Origin: Podarcis muralis
Lineage: Eukaryota
Length of the DNA stretch: 64,000 nt
Assembly: GCF_964188315.1 (NCBI RefSeq)
Contig: NC_135662.1
Span: 57,784,001-57,848,000 of the forward strand
Direction: 5' to 3'
Shown here: positions 23,904 through 36,480 of the stretch, piece by piece
Position numbering within the stretch: the stretch's first letter is position 1
Layout: each line of letters begins with the position of its first letter
Program-made: the position numbers and the translations under genes
Notes under the pieces: generated by a model
Database searches by the model: none
What the model was told of the DNA's origin: nothing
Seen by the model: only the letters and a program-made list of their open reading frames with translations

Positions 23904-24675
23904 ATGTGAGCACCTTAATCAGTTTACTTGGAAGAGATGTCCCATTAAAACAAATAAGGAACGCTTACAAATAAATGTGCTTCTGTGACTGCAGTCATAT
24001 AATGGTTTGGAGCAGAAGGAAGTTCAATGAAATAATGTTTCTTGTCTCCCCTACCCTGCCCTGTGCAACAGTTGCTCAATCTAGAGGGCCTGGGGATACT
24101 TTTGAACAATGCTGAGTGACATGTAGAGGACTGGTGGAACCGCTTGAAATTGGGTGGACCTCCTGAAAATTGCCCCTTCCATAGCTATTTGTTTCCAAAG
24201 TTGCTGTTTGCAATAAAGGGATCTCAGCAGGAAACTGGTAGAGGGTCCAAGTTGAGATCCAGAGCATGATCAGAAGAAAAGTCACATTTTAAAAAGCATA
24301 TATGACATAGCATGTCGGTCTGTCCATGGAATACCACCAGGAGATTAACTCCAAGAACAGGGTGAAGAAATGGTAAGAAAAGACACCAACAATTTTTGAC
24401 TTACTAGAAAACACATGGTCCATTATGAGGAATTTGATTTCAAATATATTTCAATTGTTTGTTTTTATTAGTCGATGTCTAGCCTGAACTTTTGGGATGC
24501 GGCAGTTTATAGGCTTAAAACAGAAATACAAATGTTCCGTCTCTGTTTATGCACTCTGGTTCATGGCTCTCAAATCAAGAGGCAATGTAAAGGGGAAATG
24601 TTTAGTTTGTCCCCAAACTTGAATAGGTTGTACAGTATTTAACAGACACACAAGCTACTGGCAACCTTTAAATTT

Positions 24676-24688
24676 CCACTAGATGGCA
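24676..24688 (+). promoter_or_regulatory. Candidate CTCF site
   Basis: CCACTAGATGGCA matches the CCASYAGRKGGCR core. Confidence 0.5.
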
Positions 24689-24752
24689 ATACAGTATAAC
24701 ATGAACATTAAAGGCACAACCCTAGGCTGCAGAACCATCGGCTAAGGCGCTA

Positions 24753-24999
24753 CAGTGGTACAGTACCTCGGGTTACAGACGCTTCAGGTTACAGATGCTT
24801 CAAGTTACAGACTCCGCTAACCCAGAAATAGTACCTCGGGTTAAGAACTTTGCTTCAGGGTGAGAACAGAAATTGCACAGCGGTGGCGCGGCAGCAGTGG
24901 GAGACCCCATTAGCTAAAGTGGTACCTCAGGTTAAGAACAGTTTCGGGTTAAGAACGGACCTCCAGAACGAGTTAAGTTCTTAACCCGAGGTACCACTG
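24753..24999. mobile_element. Tigger-like MITE
   Basis: TA TSD; TIR CAGTGGTA(CAGTA)CCTCGGGTTA / TAACCCGAGGTACCACTG; same family as the copy at 45377. Confidence 0.85.
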
Positions 25000-25400
25000 T
25001 ACAGGAATTGGTTAAAGCCCCACTATGCTGGCAGAATGCCACATACCTCTGTCATGAGGGATATTATGGTGCAACTGCCCAAATACTCTGGAAGAGCTCC
25101 TTATCATGAATTCATTGGCTCCCTCTGTGTCTTTGTGTCATGTGGGCATTGTCACCAGCATAGTCCCTGATTGGTGGGTTGTGGCAGTATGTCCAGAGAC
25201 ACTGAGGTTGTATGTATGTTGTATTCCTGTCATTTTACATTTTCTAGCTGCTTTTATCCCCTCCTGGGCTGAGTATGCATTAGATAATATTAGTTCCCTA
25301 TATTTGTTTTAAATGTTTTTCTGATTTCATTTATGTTGCAATGATAATTATGTTGGAGTTTTGTTTCAACGTATTGTCTATTATAGATGGGCTTTATTTA

Positions 25401-25555
25401 CCGTATTTTTTGCTCTATAAGACTCACTTTTTCCCTTCTAAAAAGTAAGGGGAAATGTGTGTGCAGCGATCCCTCTTGCTGTTCTGGCTTCTGAGATTCA
25501 GATTTATTTTTTTCTTGTTTTCCTCCTGGTGCGTCTTATAGAGCAAAAAATACAG
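25401..25555. mobile_element. TcMar (Tc2-like) MITE, 155 bp
   Basis: TA-CCGTATTTTTTGCTCTATAAGAC ... GTCTTATAGAGCAAAAAATACAG-TA. Confidence 0.82.
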
Positions 25556-25660
25556 TAGTTTTATTATTCACACTGTTTAAAGAACATTTAGAATACTGTA
25601 GATTGTTAACAGATTTTATGGCATAAGCCTTCATGGATGTCAAGGATGAAGATGCTAAAG

Positions 25661-25790
25661 CAGCCATCCCCAAACTCGGCCCTGTTTTGGGACTACAATT
25701 CCCATCATCCCTGACCACTGGTCCTGTTAGCTAGGGATGATGGGAGTTGTAGTCCCAAAACATCTGGAGGGCCAAGTTTGGGGATGCCTG
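25661..25790. mobile_element. Palindromic hAT MITE (same family as 16704)
   Basis: CAG.CATCCCCAAACTCGGCCC...GGGCCAAGTTTGGGGATGCCTG with an internal hairpin. Confidence 0.75.
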
Positions 25791-25844
25791 AATCACATAA
25801 TTATTTGGGATCAAAGGGGATGTGTTGGGGAAAGTGCTGCCGCT

Positions 25845-25998
25845 AGTGGCAGAAGAACCGAAATTCAATCCCTGGCATCTTCAGGTAAGGCTGGGAGAGA
25901 CTCCTGCCTGAAACCCTGAAAGCAGCTCCCAGTCAGCGCAGACAATACTGAACAATATGGCCCAATGGCCCAACTCAGTAGAAAGCAGTTTCCTATGC
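25845..25998 (+). mobile_element. Squam2-like SINE fragment
   Basis: TTCAATCCCTGGCATCTTCAGGTAAGGCTGGGAGAGACTCCTGCCTGAAACCCTG...TTCCTATG. Confidence 0.6.
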
Positions 25999-26234
25999 TA
26001 CACTGCCTAAGGCCACTTCAGAACTGTTGCTACCGGGTTCAGTTGCATATTGGCAAATTAAAATTGTGCAACAAACCCACTTTGGGAGGAAAATCAGAAA
26101 GTGATGGGGAAATGCGTGCAAAATTATGAGAGAATATTAAAAACAAAAGTGAATTTCATATGCAACCTACCATCAAACTTTGTGCAAACGTGTTAGTAGT
26201 GGGAAAGTGTGCTCAATAAACAGGTTTCCTGGAT

Positions 26235-26377
26235 CACGGGCGTAGCCAGGATTTATTGCGGCGGCGGGGGGCAGAACTGAGCTATATGTCAGGCGACTGA
26301 TCAGTTAGTTAATTATTATTATTTATTTTGATTTGGGGATGGGAGTTGCTCCCCCCCCCCCCCCGCCTACGCCCATG
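26235..26377. mobile_element. hAT-type MITE
   Basis: TIR CACGGGCGTAG / CTACGCCCATG; 6/8 TSD TCCTGGAT/TCCCGGAA. Confidence 0.65.
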
Positions 26378-27011
26378 TCCCGGAAGGTGCCTCTGCGTGG
26401 GCTTTCGATGCGGGATCGGTGCCGCCACGCGTGCAAGTACTTATTTTGCTGCGTCCACACACTGTCGTCAGCATTAAAACGCCAGGTGCCTCCAACCGGG
26501 ATTTACCCTTTCCGTGGAAAATCGGATGAGTTAAAAGCACCCCGCTGGCGACACAGCGGCCCCCGTCTGGAAGCCCCCTAGCGCTGTTACACAACCAAGC
26601 GCAAGCCCCGTGTCCTCTGTTGTTGTGATCATCATACACACATGACACGCTTTACCCGCGTGCTTCGCCCCCGGGAGGTGGCGCGGTGACGTCTGAGACG
26701 GGCGGGGGGAGCCGTTCACTTCACTAGAGGGAGAAGGCGGGGCGAAGGAACTTGGAGCCTGTCTCTGGGCAGAAACTAGTTCTCGCATTAAGTTTTTAAA
26801 AAAGGTGCGGATGCGCGCCCCACCTCACTCGAATCTATAGCGGAGCGCTTTAAAACAGGTTCTGCAATGGTGGGTTCTTTATGTGGGGACAGACCGAGAC
26901 CGCGGAGCTGGTGACGGCGGAGCAGCCCCTGGAGACTAGATGCGCCTTGTGCGTCATGGAAAACGTAGCAGTTCTCTTGGATGGGGAGAGGGAGGGGATG
27001 GGGCGCAGGTG

Positions 27012-27190
27012 CAGTGGCGTAGCGTGGGGGGTGCAGGGGGGCCGGCCGCACCGGGCGCAACATCTGGGGTTAGGGCAAATCCACGGGTTAGGGGGCGCAA
27101 ATCCACAGGTTAGGGGGCGCAAATCCACGGGTTAGGGGGCGCAAATTACTTGCCTTGCCCCGGGTGCTGACAACCCACGCTACGCCGCTG
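27012..27190. mobile_element. Young hAT MITE, 179 bp
   Basis: TIR CAGTGGCGTAGCGTGGG / CCCACGCTACGCCGCTG; perfect 8-bp TSD CGCAGGTG. Confidence 0.9.
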
Positions 27191-28129
27191 CGCAGGTGGG
27201 CGGGGGGTCAAGTACTCTAGCTTTTGGTGGCCTCTAGACTATTAGCAGCTGCTTTTCATTTGCTGAAGAAGTGGCTCAACTTGACATGCCGCCGCCTGCA
27301 TGATGACCGTCGAGGGAGAAAGCGCGCTGCCGTCTAAGTCCACTGATCAGACACCCTTTGTGCATCTAAACAGCTGCGCTGCAGGCATCCAACAGGTGCA
27401 GCGGTGTGTCGCCGTGCAGCTTCTAGAGGAAAAACAAGGGAATGGGCAGAAATAAATTGTTCAGGCTTTAAAGTGCCGCAGGACTCTTTGTTATTGTTGT
27501 CAGGAAAAGGGGAGGCGAAAAACAAGGGGTAGCATTCGTGGGGGGCAACGAACGGTCGGAAACCTTTTCAGTTGCATAGCATCGTTTAAGATGCAGTCCC
27601 AAATCCACTTACGTAAGAGTAAGACCCAGCGAATTCAGTGGGACTTCTTTGGAACGTAGCCTTCCGTTAGGGCAGGCGCCCGTTTTGTAATCTCCGATGG
27701 GGCTTTTTGTTAATTCGGAAGCCCAGCCACCATGCTAATGGGTGTAGGACCGGAGTCTGACACGGCTGAAGAGCGGGATCTTGCTCTGCATTTCATCATC
27801 ACAATTTAAGAGGCACACAATGGGAAGAAACGCACTCCTGGTGCGCAAGCTGTGCGGCAGACATGCTGCAACAGACAGATGATTTCAAAGCCTCCAAAAG
27901 AAAAACTGTAAGGGAGGGTACACGAATATTTCCGACTCCATATTAAAATAAACAAGTAGTCAGCAATCGGAAGAACGTAAAAGTTACTCTAAACGCCTTT
28001 TAATTTTGATCTTGCGTGTGCGGCGAGTTTGTTCCTAAGAGCCGGTACTAGTGTGCGCTCTTTGTTACTCCAGTAGAATGAATAGGACTTCCATTTTCGA
28101 GTACCCGCTTGCGGGTGACACTGACACAG

Positions 28130-29140
28130 GCTAACAGCCCCCACGCGGCCATTAGCCCGACCCTCTGCCGAGCCAGACGGACCTAAGCCCCTTGATTTTT
28201 ACACCACGCAGTCCTGTGCACGTTTGTTTACTCGGGGACGAGTCCCATCGTGCCCACTGCGACTTTAACTTATGTCAAATGGCTGGGACACGTCGGAACT
28301 CTGCAAAGGACCGGGCATAGACACACTTCGCCCCCACTGGAGACAGCGGGTAACACTCAACACGCAGGTTGCATTGAGTACCAGCTGCCCACCCTACCCC
28401 ACTTGCCCCGTTCGCTTTACCCCTCTCCACCCCTCTCCCGAGACGGAGATGGTACAGTCCACCGCAGGGCGCCTGCGCAGCGGGTCGCGGGGCGGAGCCT
28501 TCCCGTGTGTGTGAGTCAGGCGAGGAGGAGACGCGGCGGTTGCCATTTTGAGGGCTTCTCCGCTCGGGCTGCTGCCGCTGCTGCTTCGCCGCCTTCCGCG
28601 TTGCCCGGACCGAGAGACTCGCCTGCGCCATCCTTCGCCTCAGAGGGGACAGGAGCGGGGGCTTCTCTCGCTCTTTTGCTTCTTTCCCGCCGTAGGAGCC
28701 TGTAGCGCAGGGACTTTCCCCGGCCCGGCCTCGCTCCGCCGCCGCCTCTTCCTCCTCCTCCTCCTCCTCTCGTCCTTCCTTCCTCCCTCCCGCCGCCTCC
28801 GCCGCCACCATTTGCCACCCCCCGGCGGCTCCGGGGCGCCGAGCTTAGGCTATGGGGACCAGGCTGCTGGGACTGAGCAGCGGCAGAGCGGGCGGCCCGG
28901 TCACCGTGAACAGCGCAGCGGGGATGGCGGAGCTGGGCGGCTTCTTGGTGGCCTTCTCTTGACATGGCTCCTGCCCGTGCTGCTAGCAGCGCCGCCGCCG
29001 CCGCCTCCACTGCTCCACCCGCGCCCGCCGGCTGCGGGTAGCGAGCCAGGCCACGCCACAGTCTCCGGTCCGGTTGGGTGTCTCTTGCCGCCTGAGCCTC
29101 CCGCCGCGGGGGCTTCCAAGGAGAGGGGGAGGGAAACCGC
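28130..29140 (+). promoter_or_regulatory. C6orf62: C6orf62 CpG-island promoter / 5' leader
   Basis: CpG-dense; NRF1-type GCGCCTGCGCA at 28469-28479, GC box near 28490, TGAGTCA at 28512-28518, YY1-type GCCATTTTG at 28542-28550. Confidence 0.75.
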
Positions 29141-30567
29141 TTAATTACTATTTTTTACGAAGAGGGTGTGCTTGTGTGTGCTTTTTTTGTTTTTAAAAAG
29201 CACAACAACTAAACAGCTAATAAAAAGGGGGAAGGACGGGTTCATAATCCTTTTTTCCTTTAATTTTTTTTTTATTTGTTTCCGGGAAAACGCGTTTTTT
29301 CCCTTTCCAAATTTATTCAAGTTCGCTGCGACAAAAGCCTCTTTGCAAACTAATTTTTTTTCCCCAATTGAATTTTTTGGGGTGTGATAATTCCCTTCCT
29401 CTCCCTTTTCCCCCGCCCCCCTTTTTTCTTCCCCCCTCCCAAGAACCCGAGTTGTTGGTTGTTGACCATGAATGCAAGAGTGAATTCCGGGCCGTAGACT
29501 TGAGTGGCCCCCGCTGCGCTGAGCACAGGCCCGCCTCTTCCTCTTGAGCAAGGAAGAGAACAACCCCCGCAAGGAGGCCAATCGCATCAGCCATGCCCAG
29601 CCCCAATTAAAGCGGCAGAGGGGAGGAGGATTTTTTTGTCCTGCCCGGGGCTTAGACTGAGGGAAGGAAGGCTAGTGGGGTGGGTTGGAGGCCTCTCCCT
29701 CCTAGGGGAGTGCTAGATCGAGAGATCGATTTGGGATTCAAAAGGCCAGAAAATCTCCCAAATCTTCCCTCCACCTTTTTATCAATGGCCACCATGATCC
29801 CTCTTCTCTCCCACAGCCGCAGCCTTAGGGCAACCATGTGCCTGATGATGAGCAGGATGAAGTTAGAAATGACTCTGCTGTTTTCCAAACTCCTTGCTCC
29901 TCTGCAAACCAGCACACTGTTGTCTGTGGTTGATTATTTTGTTGTTGGTAGGGAAACGTCTTACCTCCCAGGACATCCACTCCTGTTCTGCATTCCCTCC
30001 TTTGCTTTCTACCAAGTCGAATAATTCTTGAAAAAAGAAAAAGCCAGGCAGCATAGCAATAGCAGAGATCTTGAAAATAATCAGCAGTCATGAATCTGGG
30101 CGGGATAGAACACTGTCTTTAATTTCAGTTTTTTGTTTTTTGGGGGGGTGGCAGCGTGGGGCAAGAAACCCGCCCAAATGGATTGGGTCCATGCCCGTTA
30201 TTGCTTTTTATTCTACACACAAATTGTGATAAGATTTTTTCCCCATTCTTGCCCACTTATTCCTGTGGTTTAAACTGTGTATATCAGTGTATTTTCTTCA
30301 AATTTCTTTGGGCTTTTGACAATACTGCGCAAACTTTTTGTCCAATGATGGTTGGACTAATAGTTACTTTGTTTTATGACCCCTCTAATAAGACAGTCTT
30401 GTAAAACATTTGCCTAAGGTGCATTTTTGGGTTATGCCTGTGTTCTATTGATTCAGTGGTATTAGCAGGAATAAAATGACTTGTTTCTGTTGTACTCGAG
30501 TCTTATGAAAAAGGGCCCATAGTTTAGTGAAGGTTTCAAAAGGCTTTAGTACCATCTGTATTACAAA

Positions 30568-33500
30568 ATGGGGGACCCAAACTCCCGGAAGAAACAAGCT
30601 CTGAACAGACTTCGTGCTCAGCTTAAAAAGAAAAAAGAATCTCTAGCTGACCAGTTTGATTTCAAGATGTATATTGCCTTTGTATTCAAAGACAAGGTAA
30701 TTTCCTTTTTGGTTGTTCTACTTTTGTATTGAGTGACTCCATACCTCTGTTAGCACACTCAAAATTACAATCTTGAGAATGAATGTGGAGAGCATTGTAA
30801 AAATCTGTTAAACTGTGTTTTCATCATGCCTAGGCTGTAGCTTTGATGTTTAATTTTGAATCATGTTCATTCCTTATGCGCTGGGTATCTTAACAAAACC
30901 TTGCACAGTTTTCAAAATGCCATGTGAGAGTTAATACTGCATTATGGGCTATGGTTGCACACAAATCTGGGGAATACATAGAACTGAATTTTAGAGACTC
31001 AGCATTTTGGATTATAATGTGAAATGCATTTTTGCTTAAGCATGTGCTTCAGCATCCATTTATCTCTAAATTTAGGTTTGCAATAAGTTTAGGGTGTTAC
31101 CCAGTTCTTAGGTTTGCAGTAAGTTTATTTTTCTTAAGTTTTGAAAGCATTGTAATGACAGACTGCTTAGAAATGAATGAAATGCAACGTGTTCTTTGTT
31201 TTCCCTCATTAGAGGAAAAAGTCGGCACTCTTTGAAGTGTCTGAAGTGATACCAGTCATGACCAATAATTATGAAGAAAATATCCTGAAAGGCGTGCGGG
31301 ATTCCAGCTATTCCTTGGAAAGTTCCATAGAGCTTCTACAAAAGGATGTGGTTCAGCTGCATGCACCCCGCTATCAGTCTATGCGCAGGGTAAAACATTT
31401 AATGTTCTGTCATTTTGTTTCAGAGAACATTTTAAAAGGCTATTAATGCTGCTAGTAGTGTTTCTATATCAAAGATCTAGATATAATCAGCAGGATTAAA
31501 AGGACTACTTTAGATGTACCCAATGACTTACATGTTTTAGTGGGATTCCCCCACCCCCTTTTGAACAGACTACGCACCAAACTGCTGATGGAACTTTTGC
31601 AGCATAGAGGGGGTTGAAGTGTGGCTATGTGGTTTGAAGTTCAGTGTGTCGCTGCATAAGGGTTTTTTGGATGCTGCCTATCAGGTGGTTAATCTGTACA
31701 GTGGACCCTTAAGTTATGTACCACTCTGGATACGTAAATTTCAGGTTGCGAACGCAGCAAACCTGGAAGTGTATACTTCTGGGTTTTGCCATGTGCACAT
31801 GTGCAGAAGTGCTTCGCGCACCGCGTGTGTGCGCAGAAGCGGCATCTCCAGTTAAGGACTTTTCAGGTTAAGTACGGACCCCCGGAACGAATCTAATTTG
31901 TACCCGGGGGGTCCACTCTATTTGAATATTTAGTATGCTTTGTCTAGAAGACATACTGATTTACTTGGGTCTTTGACACCATCAACCCTATTCTCTTGAC
32001 TGTCATTTAAGTTATTTTAATGTTGTATTTTTAATTGTAACCCACTCTTCGACAGGTGGGTAATAATACTCCTGCTAAATAATAATAGTTTTGTTGCTCT
32101 TTGCTCTATCCCTCTTGTATTGTATACATCACTTAGAAACTTTGTTATTAAGTGGAATATAAATTATTTATCTAAGAGTTTTCATTATCCAGGCCCTCAG
32201 TATTTTAACAAGTTTGTCTCTTGGTAAAAGTAGATGTGAGAAATAAGCATGGAGAAAAAAATAGAATTGTGGAACTGGAATATTGGCAGAGACATCTGAG
32301 ATGAATGATTGCTTTATATCTCTCACAGAAATTCAACATAGTGGCTTAAGTTCTATTCTGAGAGAGGAGGGGCTGCTTCTGTTCACAATCCAGCAGAGGC
32401 TTTTCCTGGTGGAAGGGGAAGCAACTTTTGCAAAGCCCCTTCCCCCACTGTTCTATAGGGTTTCCTATCCCTCAAACCTTTTTTGCAGGGTAGGAACAAG
32501 AATTGCACAGGGAAGTGAGAATTGTAGAAAGCTTTCTCCCATTTCTGGCAGGAGTGTCCCATGAGTGGGAAGGGAACTCCGGATTCAATTCATACCTGTT
32601 GAACTGAAACAAAATAGGGAATAAACTCTTAAGCTAAAAATACAGTTGTTATAAGCTGTGTTTTTGAATTTAAATATTCTTGATGAAGACAGCAAGACAA
32701 CATAAAAATGTAAATGTGATAAAAGTGGGTGTATTTACCGATGGGCATCTAAAAAACTATCCTGAGGGCATCATTTTAGTTTGGGCAGTTTTTCCAAATC
32801 CATAAAGTTTGTTCCCATAAGAATTAAATTACTAGGACTGGGTTCCGATTTCCACATTATAAATGTTAATGTAAAGTTAGCAGATAGGCAGGGTGTGTTG
32901 TAGTGCTTAAGAATAAAATCCTATTGTTATAGATGTATGAAAGGTATACAAACCATTTGAATTACAATTATATTTGCTTCTCAAACGTGTATATATATGT
33001 GTGTGTGTGTTCTCCCACTAGATTGTTGGGACACTATTAATTTTATTCATGTCCTTAACAGGATGTGATTGGCTGTACGCAAGAGATGGACTTCATACTT
33101 TGGCCTCGGAATGATATTGAGAAGATAGTCTGTCTTCTGTTTTCTAGGTGGAAGGGATCGGATGATGAGCCCTTTAGGCCTGTTCAGGTATGATACAGGT
33201 CCCAGGCAGCGTGCTACTAAAACCCAAATAAGCCATTAGCACTTTTAATGAATACCACTTTTTCTTTATGGTGGTTATAGTGAATTGTGGTATATTTTTG
33301 TAATCATTAAGGTGTTTGTATGATTACAAAGGCAGAATGTTGTCACTGAATGTACCTAAGCAGATGTTTTGAAGTTATTTAGTTTATTTTGTCTCTTGAT
33401 TGGTAAACTCAGCAGAAGCATTTACCAATAAGTATGGAGTACTGCATCTGCGATAGTTGTCATTTTTGTTTACATAAAGTTAAATATAGGGTTCTTCAAA

Positions 33501-34567
33501 TGTACTGCCATTAGAAAAGGGGGAGATACTGACGTAATAATCAGTCTAATTTAAACTATATCTCCATTAGCTATAATTTCAAGTTGTTCCTGAGATTTTT
33601 CTATTCTGCACTTGGATGCATTGCATACGTGAACATTGACTTTAGATTGGTGTTCCTTGAACATATTTTATTTATAAACTTTTTTGTTACATATTCCCCA
33701 CCCCACAGGCCAGGTTTGAATTTCATCATGGTGACTATGAAAAACAGTTTCTGCATGTACTGAGCCGAAAGGACAAGACTGGAATTGTTATCAACAACCC
33801 TAACCAGTCAGTGTTTCTCTTCATTGATCGACAGCACTTGCAGGTAGCCATCTCCCAGTGCATACCTGTTTTTCCTTATGCTCTTGTTTGCCTCTTTTCT
33901 ATTATTTAATAGCTGTCTGCTTGGCTTCACTGCAGTCAAGAGGTACAGATACAGCATTCCTTTTCTATGGCATAATGTGCAATATGTTCCAAACAGTAAG
34001 TTTGTGGGATATACTTTATAAGTATTGAGCTGCTCTGCCTTGAGTGCAATGAAGCCATCTGATTGGGTGTATTTCTATTAGATTTAGGAACTGAGGTGGT
34101 GGGGATTTGCAAGTGTGCATCAGTATCATTTGTCATTAATTGAGATTGTTTCTGCCCGTTCGCTTTTGAAACACAATAAGGATTTGTATATGTCCTTAAG
34201 CGAGAAAAGATGGTACAGGTCCCCTGCTGGAGAAGGCAGATTTTAGAAATCTGGTGATCAATTTACATATTCAGCAAGCACCATAAATTCTTTGTTATGC
34301 TTTTATGTTGCACCACCATTAGTTTCATTTTCTGTTGCTTCTGCAAGGATGAGTTGAGGCAATATGTGAAGTTTGTTTTTCCACACAGTGCTGTTTATAA
34401 AATATACTCTGTCCTGAAATAATTTATGTATCTCTTTCCAGACTCCAAAAAACAAAGCTACAATCTTCAAGTTATGCAGCATCTGCCTATATCTGCCACA
34501 AGAGCAGCTCACCCACTGGGCGGTTGGTACCGTAGAGGATCACCTCCGTCCTTACATGCCAGAATAG
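30568..34567 (+). CDS. C6orf62: C6orf62 orthologue, 230 aa
   Basis: join(30568..30696,31213..31389,33062..33187,33709..33843,34442..34567), all phase 0. [19 protein letters not shown]...[21 protein letters not shown]...[10 protein letters not shown] closely matches vertebrate C6orf62. Confidence 0.97.
31699..31918. mobile_element. Tigger-like MITE (older)
   Basis: TA-CAGTGGACCC ... GGGTCCACTC-TA. Confidence 0.7.
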
Positions 34568-36480
34568 GGTACTGGCCAGCAAAATGGGGAAGATCACAGA
34601 ATGCAGGAGTGCAGTTTTCACTTTTCTCACCATTTATTCTTTCGGAATAGAAGAAAATGGACACATGTTCAGAACACTATCCATCGTGGAACTTGATCAT
34701 CCTGGATTATTTTCTTTTATCATTTGTATCTCAGAACTTTTAAATTTTTTTTAGATGTTTTCTGCATGGACCTTGTGAAAGAGAATGCTCTGCATATTTC
34801 TGCATTGTATGAGCATCCTACCAAAATGTGAAACGAAGGGACTGTTATACACTGAAAGAAATGTATCTGAGAGCACAAAGTGATCATATATGGTGGTGTT
34901 CCCATTTGTGCTGGTCATGTTCCCTAATATCAGTATTCATAGGGTGAGGAATGAATGTAATGGTGTGAAAGCCATAAGCTTTGCTGTTAACACGATTGTA
35001 TCAGGTTCATGAATAGGTCTATGGCTTGTTACAGTAGATGGCTAAATGTGGGAAAGAAATCTTTTAAGGAAAAAAGAGCATCTCATTTGGTGTAGGCATT
35101 AATTGCCTCTTTTATTTTGCTTGGCCTTGTTTGAGTTTCCTGGCATTCTCACTTTTGGATCTCTTTCCCCAGTTTGCTGTGTAACTAAATGTAGAGTGTT
35201 CTGTTGAGTTGAATACATTTTTACAGACCTGGAGTCTGAAGTAGCCTAAAGCAGCTAAATTTAAGATAGCAGCTGCAGAAACCACGTTGGCAGAGGATTA
35301 TTATTTTTTTCCTGACAGTTGACTTGTGAACTGTAGGAAATACTGGTTTCCAAAACATTTCTTATGGAAAACCCTCTGAGGTTCTTTTTGGGGGGGAGGG
35401 GAGGAATAAAGCAGTTGTGGATTTAATTGTAAAATATTGTTTGGAGTGTCAAAAGTTGGTTTTGACAGAACATATTTTGTTTAAGATTGTGCAATGAACA
35501 TAAGGAAGACTACTGTATAGCTTTGGCAAAGAAAGCTTTGCTTAAAGGGTTGAGTAATTTGACTGAAGTAAATCTGTATAAGCCTACTCCCTTTGGGTAA
35601 AACTAGTGCTTATCTGTTTAAAAAAATCTGTATTTAGCTTTTGTTTGGAATTGGAAAAAAATTAAAAATAAACAAATTAGGTGACCAAAGACTTCTACGT
35701 TCATTTATTTTAAAAACATGTAGACACTAGCTTATGACATGTCATAGCTAACTTTAGGTAGACAGTCTTTGCATATGACAACAGTTAGATACATCAAAAA
35801 GTATCATATGCAAAATAAGCTGGAGATACCAATTCAAAATCTGTTGGCAGTGTTCACATGTAACAATAAATTAAATTTCCTGGTTTATTATGGATGAGTG
35901 GCAGTACACATTCATATTCCTCCCATGAGGGAAGCTGTGCCTTTCTGTTACATTCGAACCAAGGATTATCTGCTCTTTAACAAGTGATTATCAGGAAGAA
36001 AAAAACAAACCATGGCATAAGGTTGGCTAGGGCTAGTTGCTTGTTAGGGACAAGCAAGCTCTGCACTCTGGTTTAGACAGAACAGGAAGCAAAGCTTCCT
36101 GGTTTGTTTCCTCTAGCAATAGCACAAGTGGAATATTGAACAAGGTCTATCACTATGCTCACAGAAAGCTTGGCTTATAACACAGCCGTTGTATAAATGT
36201 AGATTTTCATTAGGTTTCTATAACCAGTACATTAAACTTCTATATAAAACATGGCAATTCACTTTTGAAACCCAGTTAAAAGGGAGAAGTCTTCATAATA
36301 AGGTTATAATAATGCATGAAGGATTACAATTTGGATGGAGAATGTCACATTTCACCAGGCCAGAGGTGTGCACCTAAAATAGCTATTGGGAGCCAGGCTG
36401 ATGTTACGAAGTACCAAAGGAATTTTTTTCCATTCCCAACCCATTTTAAAGGGGAAAATGTTCTGAGAATTAGCAGAGTA

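Noticed and set aside
23600-23905. ORF starting with poly-Lys
   Set aside because: Reverse reading of the (CTT)19 SINE tail.
27300-27346. Box C/D snoRNA (ATGATGA...CTGA)
   Set aside because: Only 47 nt, no convincing terminal stem or guide sequence, and not in a known host intron.
28250-29144. 150-198-aa ORFs on both strands in the C6orf62 island
   Set aside because: Low-complexity GC-island artefacts, mostly with non-ATG starts; only the short ATG uORFs are kept as hypotheses.
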